Shown piece after piece: positions 10,937 through 18,999 of a DNA stretch of 64,000 nt. The notes beneath the pieces were generated by a model. It was not told the DNA's origin. It made no database searches and saw only the letters and a program-made list of their open reading frames with translations. The translations under genes were made by a program, and so were the position numbers. This stretch comes from Candidatus Chromulinivorax destructor. GTDB lineage: Bacteria; Babelota; Babeliae; Babelales; Chromulinivoraceae. The stretch's first letter is position 1; each line of letters begins with the position of its first letter. The DNA lies in assembly GCF_003366055.1 (NCBI RefSeq), contig NZ_CP025544.1:477278-541277 (forward strand), in the 5' to 3' direction.

Positions 10937-10997
10937 ACTTTACCGTTTAATTTTTGATCAAATACAAAAGAAGGGAATCTTTACAGATTCCCTTCTT
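10720..10997 (+). repeat. direct repeat 1 (278 bp): last ~217 nt of typA plus its terminator
   Basis: near-identical copy at 11675-11952 (a handful of substitutions plus a loop flip). Confidence 0.85.
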
Positions 10998-11000
10998 GCT
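10968..11000 (+). terminator. typA terminator hairpin aagggaatc-tttaca-gattccctt followed by T-run
   Basis: perfect 9-bp stem. Confidence 0.6.
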
Positions 11001-11111
11001 TTTATATAGTAAATATACACATAAAAAATTATGCGCATGAGCCAACTCCATGAGCAGCCTATACTTCATTCTAGATCGAATTTTTTATTCACCGCTAAAA
11101 TCATATACTTT

Positions 11112-11438
11112 TTATTTTCTGGCCATTGATTCTGCTAAATCGGCATCACTTGTAGCAGCAAGTTCAGCTAAAATATTTTCATTTGCGCCATTACTCATTA
11201 ACAAGAATTTTTTCATAGCACTCAATTCCAACTTATCTCTTTTTGTAATATCACTACCATCAATTAATTTATTTAATACGATAATAATTGATGGTATAAT
11301 TTTATCATTTATATCATCGCGCATAGAATTTACCTTAGAGTTTAATGACTTAAAATCTTGTGGTACTTGAGATCCTTGCATTGTATGACTGATTGCTAAA
11401 AGCATCATCGGTAAAACTATAAATTTAAACTGTTTCAT
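11112..11438 (-). CDS. small secreted protein (108 aa) carried on the insert between the typA 3' repeats
   Basis: start ATG at 11438 preceded by SD aggag; signal peptide MKQFKFIVLPMMLLAISHT; the track ORF extends further 5' but without SD. Confidence 0.5.
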   Translation of the reverse strand: MKQFKFIVLPMMLLAISHTMQGSQVPQDFKSLNSKVNSMRDDINDKIIPSIIIVLNKLIDGSDITKRDKLELSAMKKFLLMSNGANENILAELAATSDADLAESMARK

Positions 11439-11674
11439 AATCACTCTCCTTTTTATTTTATAAATCACAACAAAAAAACTGTAGCAAAAAGATAGTTTAA
11501 AAGTCAATAAAATTTCAATTTGAATATAAAAAAGCCGAGAGATTGCTCTACATTCGCATAAAAAATTATTCGCATGTACCATTTTCATGGTCGTCTTTAT
11601 TGCATTTTCAACAAGATTCTTGCTCATTTGGCCTATCCTGTACAAAAACATTAACTTTATTCTTTGGGTAATCA

Positions 11675-11952
11675 AACAGTTAATGCTTGTAAAGGCAAAA
11701 AACTAACGAACATGCGTGCATCTGGTTCTAATGATTCAACAGCATTGCAACCGCATCTACAAATGACGTTAGAACAATGTCTATCGTTCATTATGGATGA
11801 TGAGTTGATCGAATTCACTCCAAAATCAATTCGCTTAAGAAAAATGATTCTTAACGAAGGTGAACGTAAACGTAGTGGTAAAAAAAGCTAAACTTTACCG
11901 TTTAATTTTTGATCAAATACAAAAGAAGGGAATCTGTAAAGATTCCCTTCTT
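11675..11952 (+). repeat. direct repeat 2 (278 bp): copy of typA 3' end plus terminator
   Basis: see 10720-10997; hairpin loop reads tgtaaa (reverse complement of tttaca in copy 1). Confidence 0.85.
11676..11891 (+). pseudogene. TypA C-terminal gene fragment (72 codons in frame, no SD or start of its own)
   Basis: translates to NACKGKKLTNMRASGS(N)DSTALQPHLQMTLEQCLSFIMDDELIEFTPKSIRLRKMILNEGERKRSGKKS, identical to the typA C-terminus except D->N. Confidence 0.7.
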
Positions 11953-11976
11953 CATTACTATAGATACAAATATTTA

Positions 11977-12204
11977 TTACGCAGGTTTATCTTGGCATGT
12001 TTTATTGTTACCGGTTGAACAATATCCTGATTGACAATCATTATTATTTCCTTTGCAGGGATGCCCGTTTTTTATTTTAGTGCTCCCCTTTTGAACCACA
12101 ACCCCACTTTGATCAGAATTTTGAGCATACCAACAAACAGCCAAATATGCTCCCGCAATCAGAACAATTGCACTCAAAATAATTTTTAAATTTTTATTCA
12201 ACAT
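11977..12204 (-). CDS. small membrane-anchored Cys-rich protein (75 aa)
   Basis: N-terminal TM helix, then GHPCKGNNNDCQSGYCSTGNNKTCQDKP (6 Cys). Confidence 0.4.
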   Translation of the reverse strand: MLNKNLKIILSAIVLIAGAYLAVCWYAQNSDQSGVVVQKGSTKIKNGHPCKGNNNDCQSGYCSTGNNKTCQDKPA

Positions 12205-12556
12205 TGTACATTTCCCTTTTTATTTTTTTAGACTCATCTATATCTGACGTTACTACATCAAATATCTAAAAATGAAGTCTTTTTCAATAAACAGAGAAAC
12301 CTGCAATATTACTATGCTCATTTCATGTTTTACACTAATTCTACCGCGTTATAATTTTAATAATGCTTCTGCTCAATACAAACTATTGGGATAGGTATTG
12401 CCTTAAACGTAAAAACAAAGTCAGCCTTTTGCGTGAATGAACGATACAATGTATGCTTACAAAAGATAAAAAATAGATAGAGCTTAAACTCTGCTCTGGT
12501 ATGATTAATAGTATAAATATATAAAAACAGTTTTACCCTCCGCTTGGATTTTAAAT

Positions 12557-13477
12557 ATGAACAAACAATCTGCACGTAATCTTATGCTCATAATAAGTAT
12601 GATTGCATCAATTGACCACCTGCTTGCAGCTCCAAAAAAGCCAAATAAAAATTCGAATCAAAATCAACCTCCAGTAAAAAAACCTATTAAAATTGATACC
12701 GAATTACCTTTGCAAATTTTTTATCCTGGCGATATCAAAACTAAATTTACTGACATAGCAGGTCTTGATATTGCAAAATCTTGCATGCTCGATATTATTT
12801 CGTACCTGAAAGATTCTTCAAAATATGATGCTATTGGGGCAAAAATAACCAAAGGTATTTTATTTGACGGAAGCACGGGAAATGGAAAGACGATGCTTGC
12901 TCGAGCTTTTGCAGGTGAAGTTAATTGCCCATTTATTAGTATGAATGGAGCATCATTTGTAGAAATGTATGTTGGTGTTGGGCCATCTCGAGTACGAGAA
13001 CTTTTTTTAATTGCTCGCAAGCTGGCTCCTTGCATTGTTTTTATTGACGAAATTGATGCATTACTTGCAGCACGCGGATCAGATAAAGAGTATAGCAATA
13101 CGGTCAATGCATTTTTAACAGAAATGGATGGTTTATTTAACGATAACACGACAATAATTATTATTGGTGCTACCAATAGAATTAATGCACTTGATGAAGC
13201 TGCAATTCGACCAGGAAGATTTGATCGTAAAATATATATTACCAAGCCAACACTTGAAGCTCGTGTGCAACTTTTAGAAAATCAATTTAAAAAAGTGAAG
13301 CATGCACCAGGTTTAGATATTTATTACATTGCGCAAATGACGACTGGTTTTTCATGTGCAGAATTAACAAATCTAGTCAATGAAGCTGCAATTATTGCCG
13401 TTAACACCAATTCTTTATGGGTTGAAATGACGCACATTCGACAAGCATTTGATAGAATGAGAAATCATAGAAGTTAA
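12557..13477 (+). CDS. stand-alone FtsH-type AAA+ ATPase domain protein with N-terminal signal/anchor, no peptidase domain
   Basis: Walker A GSTGNGKT, Walker B IVFIDEIDAL, SRH/Arg-finger RPGRFDR; sequence tracks FtsH AAA module (FVEMYVGVGPSRVRELF); ends after the AAA lid. Confidence 0.65.
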   Translation: MNKQSARNLMLIISMIASIDHLLAAPKKPNKNSNQNQPPVKKPIKIDTELPLQIFYPGDIKTKFTDIAGLDIAKSCMLDIISYLKDSSKYDAIGAKITKGILFDGSTGNGKTMLARAFAGEVNCPFISMNGASFVEMYVGVGPSRVRELFLIARKLAPCIVFIDEIDALLAARGSDKEYSNTVNAFLTEMDGLFNDNTTIIIIGATNRINALDEAAIRPGRFDRKIYITKPTLEARVQLLENQFKKVKHAPGLDIYYIAQMTTGFSCAELTNLVNEAAIIAVNTNSLWVEMTHIRQAFDRMRNHRS

Positions 13478-13554
13478 AAAAATCAGCTTTTAAATTCTTA
13501 TCATCATAAGGACGTTATGCAAATACATAACGTCCTTATTTAAAAAAAGGCATC

Positions 13555-14391
13555 ATGTTCTCTCGTAAAAAATTTTTTATACTTCTTATCATATTTACCC
13601 ATATAAACTTATTAGCACAAAGATCAAAAAAAGATCATACGATAACGGTATTTGTCCATGAAACATTTCCTATGCGCAGGCTTTTGCACCATACCCCAGC
13701 AAAATCACTTCTGTATACAGAGCAAGGGCTTTGCTTGGCAAAAAATCTTCCAAATCATTACCATTTTTATAAAATAGCTCAGGGATGCATAAAACTTAAT
13801 AGCCATGATTATGGCTGGGATAGATTTTACATCTTTGGGTGGAAATCTGAAAAAATATTAAATAGCTCCAGAAAAAATGCTGCCAAAGATTTAGTTACTG
13901 CTCTTGCACAAGTTGTTGATAGTTATTACATCCAACATGGAGTTCACCCTTCTATTCGACTTATTGGCTTTTCACATGGTGGCAATGTTGTTTTACACAC
14001 AGCAAATTACTTACCTTTAGTGCATAATACAATACCAATAGATGTCCAAGCATGGATTTTTGGGACTCCTATACAGCAAGCTAACCACGATTGCGTTAAT
14101 CAAGGAAAATTTACACAATGTTATTCATTTTATTCAGAAAAAGATTGGATTCAACGAATTGATCCTCAAGGTCTTTGTAATAAAAAAATAAGAAAAGATC
14201 ATTTTTGGTCTGATAGAACTTTTGATAAAGATGCATCATGCATTCAAGTGAAATTTACCGTCAATGATAAATCGATCAGTCACATCTATTATCGCAGTGT
14301 ATTTAAATATTTTCCGATTATTGAACAGATCACTCAATCACAATCAGATGGTTTACAATCAGGTATGATAGCAGTTGATGTAAAAATTTAA
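13555..14391 (+). CDS. secreted alpha/beta-hydrolase (lipase/esterase-like), paralog 1
   Basis: signal peptide; VFVHETFP oxyanion-type motif; GxSxG = GFSHGG; ~65-70% identical to 15219-16073 over the C-terminal half. Confidence 0.6.
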   Translation: MFSRKKFFILLIIFTHINLLAQRSKKDHTITVFVHETFPMRRLLHHTPAKSLLYTEQGLCLAKNLPNHYHFYKIAQGCIKLNSHDYGWDRFYIFGWKSEKILNSSRKNAAKDLVTALAQVVDSYYIQHGVHPSIRLIGFSHGGNVVLHTANYLPLVHNTIPIDVQAWIFGTPIQQANHDCVNQGKFTQCYSFYSEKDWIQRIDPQGLCNKKIRKDHFWSDRTFDKDASCIQVKFTVNDKSISHIYYRSVFKYFPIIEQITQSQSDGLQSGMIAVDVKI

Positions 14392-14506
14392 AAAACAAGG
14401 TTGAGCGGTTGCCCAAAACATACAACATGCTAATCTCATATTGTATTAAAATTGAAAGCAAGGAAGTTTGAACGTTACACATATAAAATAAAATAAAGGT
14501 GTTACT

Positions 14507-15166
14507 ATGCAAAAAAAATTATTATTCATTTGCCTATTATTAAGTTCACCATGCATGATGTTTGGACAAAAAGATTATAAAAAAGATAGTTACTACCAAA
14601 ATCTTACCGATCTTAAAAAACTTAATTATGCAATTGAAGAATCAGATATTCCAACTATTACCACATTACTTACAAAAGTAGATATAAACTCTCAAGATAC
14701 AAGTGGCAGCACGCCATTACATAATGCTATTGCAGATGGAAATTTAAAAATTATACAATTGCTCGTTAATTCAGGTGCAAATATTAATGCGAAAGATAAA
14801 AAAGGATACACGCCTTTATATGAAGTTTTTAATTCACTTATTGAATCAATTGTCATGATTTATTGTGATAGCATTGAAACAGACCAATCAATATTACAAG
14901 ACATAATAGATGGATATGCTTTAAAATATATTACAATAGCTCAATATTTAGTTACTTCAGGTGCAGATACTACATTACAATACGATACTGATGATAATTG
15001 GTATGAAATAATTCCTCAAAATAAATATCTAACACTTTTAGATATTATCACTGAAGTACAATCAGCTTTTACTGAAGAATTAACAAAAAATAATTATGAT
15101 GCAACAGCGTTAAAAGCATGTATCAAACATTTTGATACATTTAAATCAATTTTACAGCGTCAATAA
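14507..15166 (+). CDS. secreted ankyrin-repeat protein
   Basis: signal peptide; ANK consensus TPLHNAIADGNLKIIQLLVNSGANINAKDKKGYTPL. Confidence 0.7.
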   Translation: MQKKLLFICLLLSSPCMMFGQKDYKKDSYYQNLTDLKKLNYAIEESDIPTITTLLTKVDINSQDTSGSTPLHNAIADGNLKIIQLLVNSGANINAKDKKGYTPLYEVFNSLIESIVMIYCDSIETDQSILQDIIDGYALKYITIAQYLVTSGADTTLQYDTDDNWYEIIPQNKYLTLLDIITEVQSAFTEELTKNNYDATALKACIKHFDTFKSILQRQ

Positions 15167-15177
15167 ATAACTAACAT

Positions 15178-15218
15178 AGAACAACCCCGAATAAACATTC
15201 GGGGTTGTTCTATACTTC
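15178..15218 (+). terminator. rho-independent terminator gaacaaccccgaa-taaac-ttcggggttgttc
   Basis: 13-bp perfect stem directly after stop of ankyrin gene. Confidence 0.6.
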
Positions 15219-16073
15219 ATGAAAGGTAATCATCTCATAATGAAAAAATATTTTGTCATATTACTATCATGTATTTTCAATATCTCTCTATCAGCTTTGC
15301 AACAAACAACAGCTGATCATGCTATTACGGTTTTTGTCCATGGCACGTACCCAATTCCTAAAATTTTACGCAATTCTCCTTTTCGTAAATTAATGTATTG
15401 CCCACAAGGCCTCTCACTAGCAAAAAAACTGCCTGCAGATTATCATTTCCATACCATTGCACAAGGATGCGTTGATCTTAATCCTTCATTGTATTCACTT
15501 GATCAATTTTATGTTTTTGGATGGCCTTCAGAAAAAATTTATGACAGCGTTAGACAACAAGCAGCATCTGACCTTGCCAACGCTCTGAAAACAACTGTTA
15601 CAAACTACTATGCTCAACATGGAATACAACCAAAAATACGATTAATTGGATTTTCTCATGGAGGAAATGTGGTCTTAAATACTGCAAATTTCTTAACTCA
15701 ATTAGTACAAGAACAAAAAATCACCACTGAAATTTGGATTTTTGGAACACCGGTACAACAGATTAACCATAATTTGATACAGAGTAAGAATTTTCATAAA
15801 GTGTACTCAATTTTTTCTCAAACTGATTGGCTTCAACGAATGGATCCGCAAGGATTATATAACAAAGATATACGACATGAATATTTTTGGTCTGACCGAA
15901 TGTTTGATAAAGATGCATCGTGCATTCAAATAAATTTCACGGTCAATAACAAATCAATTAGCCATAGTTATTACCGCCATATTTTTAAATATTTTCCTAT
16001 AATTCAAAAATCTATTGAAAATCAATCTCAAGATTTGCAATCAGGCATAATAAGCGTAGATTTAAAAATCTAA
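15219..16073 (+). CDS. secreted alpha/beta-hydrolase (lipase/esterase-like), paralog 2
   Basis: VFVHGTYP, GFSHGG; C-terminus FWSDRMFDKDASCIQINFTVNNKSISHSYYRHIFKYFPII nearly identical to paralog 1. Confidence 0.6.
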   Translation: MKGNHLIMKKYFVILLSCIFNISLSALQQTTADHAITVFVHGTYPIPKILRNSPFRKLMYCPQGLSLAKKLPADYHFHTIAQGCVDLNPSLYSLDQFYVFGWPSEKIYDSVRQQAASDLANALKTTVTNYYAQHGIQPKIRLIGFSHGGNVVLNTANFLTQLVQEQKITTEIWIFGTPVQQINHNLIQSKNFHKVYSIFSQTDWLQRMDPQGLYNKDIRHEYFWSDRMFDKDASCIQINFTVNNKSISHSYYRHIFKYFPIIQKSIENQSQDLQSGIISVDLKI

Positions 16074-16078
16074 AAATT

Positions 16079-16110
16079 AAAAGGGAATCTATCACGATTC
16101 CCTTTTTTAT
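16079..16110. terminator. bidirectional terminator aagggaatc-tatcac-gattccctt + T-run (same stem as typA terminator)
   Basis: between convergent 15219-16073 (+) and 16128-18194 (-). Confidence 0.6.
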
Positions 16111-16127
16111 GATTTCTCAAAAATATT

Positions 16128-18194
16128 TTACGACTGCAATGAATCTATCAAAGCTTTTTTAGTTACCGTAGAGCCAAGCAATAATTCAACCAACTTTTGC
16201 GGATCTTGACTACCACCATGACACAACAAAGCTTGATACAATTTTTGGCCTACTTCATTGTCAGTAATGCCATGTTTTGTTATGTATTCAAAGAGTCCTG
16301 CTGCCAAAACTTTTGACCAGACATATCCGTAATAATGTGAACCGTAAGCTATCAGATGTTCAAATCCAGTTTCAAAATGATCTTGTGGGCAGTACTCAAC
16401 ATCAGTTCTTACTTGTCTATAGAGCTTTTCAACAATATCATGAGGTTGAATTTTTTCAGCATCTTTTCCAAATTCAAGTGATATCAATGACAATAAACAT
16501 TGTCGAGATAACAAACTTGCTCGGCCAAATTTTTCTGCAGCAACTATTTTTTGTACCATTGCATCAGATAACTTTTCTTGAGTGATGTAATGCTGACTAA
16601 ACTGCTTGATCATAGAAGGATTATCCATCCACATTTCAAACAATTGCGACGGCACCTCTAAAAAGTCACGTGGTCCATGAGAGCCTGCAATATCAACAAA
16701 ATCAGTAGCCCCAAAAAGTTCTTGTAAAGCATGGCCAAATTCATGGAACAATGTTTTAACATCATGAAACTCAAGCAATGTTTTTTTACCATCTTGAGCT
16801 TTATTAAAATTCGTAATAATTGTTGAAAGACCGCTACATGCAAAACTACAATCATCTTGAATTGTAGGAATGACACTCATCTGGCATGCTTGTTCAGATT
16901 TTCCAGGGCGAGCATAAAGGTCAAAAACAAGATACCCAAGAATTTCATTTGTTTTTAAAAGCCTTACCTGAAAACAGATAAGATCTTTATGCCATAATCC
17001 ATGACAAGGAACCTGGTCAAATGATAATGCAAAAAATTGTCCAAATTGTTTAGTTAATTGATTGATAACATTATCAATAGGAAAATATTGCGCAAGAGCA
17101 GTTGCATCAATATCAAAATGACTTTTTCTATAGGTAGATCGCACAAAAGCTTCATCAAAAGGTTGTAATTTACCTGTCAAAGATAAAACAACTGATTCAG
17201 GTAAATTTTTTGTTAATTGCACAAATTCTTCATCAACAATGGTATTTGTTGATGCTACAATTTCCATAATAAAATCTTGTGCACGTTGAACGCTTCCAAC
17301 CATTTGCAATGCACACTCATACTCTGCAAAATTTTTATACCCAACTAAGCGAGCATACTCATTACGTTTATAAATAAGTTTTTTAAGCACATCTTCATTT
17401 TTTGGATACACTCGTCGATTAAACTCTAAAAATATTTTTTTACGAGTTGCAGCTATGGTACAATTTTCTAAAATCGTAAAAAATGCATCATAGGTTAAAG
17501 GGATAGTATAACCGCGTTTTGTTTGATGCAAGTTTGTAAGGTATAAAGCAGGAACTCCAACAAGTTCATCTTTGGTACAAACAATGGATTTAGCATGATT
17601 TACTATATAAGAACCAAATTCAGCTTCTAATTTTTTGATGTCTTTTGATAATTTATTTAATCGAGTAAGAATTGCTGAGGATAGATGAGCTCCTTCATGC
17701 TCTAATTTATTAATCGATTTTTGTAAAAAAGTTCGAACAGAGATTGTTTTGCTTGGATCATCATGACCGTATTGAGCATAATCTTGAAATGCATGTAACA
17801 ATATTGGGTTACGCACTAACTTGTCTGCTTGGTACTGTTGAAGTTCTGTAACCGCATGATTTGCACAAGAACGAAGTGAGGGATCACTATCTAGCATAGA
17901 TACAGTTGAGAGTATCTGTAAATTCATAATAAATTTAAATTTTGCATTATCATACAAACGAATGCTGTTATAAAAATTTCTATGTTGTGGCTCTTGAGAC
18001 TCTAATGTTTTTAACATAGTATCAATTACTGCAATAGCTTTGTGCTTCATTGCTCCTATTTGTTGTTCATTTTTTGGAAACATCGTAACAATTGATTGCC
18101 AATCAAGTCTGCTACATAAGCGCATTTCAGGACTTTTAACATAGTGACACCCTGAAAAAATCAGTAGTAATAATAATCCGTACAAGCGCTTCAT
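16128..18194 (-). CDS. M3-family zinc oligopeptidase (oligopeptidase A/Dcp-like), lipoprotein
   Basis: HEXXH as FHEFGHALQ with downstream E; length ~690 aa; N-terminal MKRLYGLLLLLIFSGC lipobox. Confidence 0.75.
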   Translation of the reverse strand: MKRLYGLLLLLIFSGCHYVKSPEMRLCSRLDWQSIVTMFPKNEQQIGAMKHKAIAVIDTMLKTLESQEPQHRNFYNSIRLYDNAKFKFIMNLQILSTVSMLDSDPSLRSCANHAVTELQQYQADKLVRNPILLHAFQDYAQYGHDDPSKTISVRTFLQKSINKLEHEGAHLSSAILTRLNKLSKDIKKLEAEFGSYIVNHAKSIVCTKDELVGVPALYLTNLHQTKRGYTIPLTYDAFFTILENCTIAATRKKIFLEFNRRVYPKNEDVLKKLIYKRNEYARLVGYKNFAEYECALQMVGSVQRAQDFIMEIVASTNTIVDEEFVQLTKNLPESVVLSLTGKLQPFDEAFVRSTYRKSHFDIDATALAQYFPIDNVINQLTKQFGQFFALSFDQVPCHGLWHKDLICFQVRLLKTNEILGYLVFDLYARPGKSEQACQMSVIPTIQDDCSFACSGLSTIITNFNKAQDGKKTLLEFHDVKTLFHEFGHALQELFGATDFVDIAGSHGPRDFLEVPSQLFEMWMDNPSMIKQFSQHYITQEKLSDAMVQKIVAAEKFGRASLLSRQCLLSLISLEFGKDAEKIQPHDIVEKLYRQVRTDVEYCPQDHFETGFEHLIAYGSHYYGYVWSKVLAAGLFEYITKHGITDNEVGQKLYQALLCHGGSQDPQKLVELLLGSTVTKKALIDSLQS

Positions 18195-18837
18195 TTTTTT
18201 ATCCTTACTATTAAAACATACATTCTAGCAATTCGATATCATATATATTTTTAAAAATACAGCTTAAAAACTAATAAAAGTCTTTATTTTTGCTTTAAAA
18301 ATATTAGGCACAGCGTATCATAACTCCATTGATTATCTCAATAATTTTCAAACTCGATTTCTAAAATTTCAAACTGGATTAATATATAAATCTCATCATG
18401 TCTTTGCGCAAGAGAACAATATCAATGATTTTATAATTTTTCTTGCAATATTACCCAAAATAAAAATATTATAATAATAAGAAAAAAGAATACAAAGTAA
18501 TAAGGAAAATCTATATGAAAACCAAAATTATTTTGTATACAAGTTGAATTAAAATCACTAAAAAAGAGGATATAAGGGGCACGCAATGACAATCAAATTA
18601 ACACTACTCATAAAACTATTATTAACTACATCAATCTGCTATGTCATTGAAAAACAGTTTCATGAGAGCCCCCAAGAAAAAACTCTTCATCAAATTCAAA
18701 AAAAGCTATCTGCATAGGTTATGTTGATTTTTAATGTAACTTTAAAATCATTTTCGATTCACCTCCTGAATCGTCATGACAGCGGGAACTATTCGTTTTT
18801 TAAAAAAATTAAGCGATTGACCCCCACTGGGGTCTCA

Positions 18838-18915
18838 TTTTCCTGAGTTTTGTAAAAAACGTAGGATGTTGTAACTTTTTTCAAAAACTCAAGGGAACCT
18901 CATCTGCAAGCTTTT
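18838..18915. repeat. fragment of the structured repeat family (an inverted terminal-repeat-like end followed by an element 5' end)
   Basis: gttttgtaaaaaacgtaggatg resembles the reverse complement of the element start; ...caaaaactcaagggaacctcatctgcaagc resembles the element 5' region. Confidence 0.3.
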
Positions 18916-18999
18916 AAAATATTCTCTATTTTCTTGCATTTATATGTCTCTACAATTTATGATGCAACTATATTATTTTCTTAAAAAAGGAATGTTGTT

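Noticed and set aside
11664-11891. Treating the 75-aa ORF as an independent small gene
   Set aside because: Its sequence is a copy of the typA C-terminus created by the 278-bp duplication. The ATG at 11664 lies outside the repeat with no SD, so it is classed as a gene fragment or pseudogene.
12357-12575. 72-aa minus-strand ORF overlapping the start of the AAA ATPase gene
   Set aside because: No SD, hydrophobic or low-complexity translation, and overlaps the promoter and start region of a well-supported gene.
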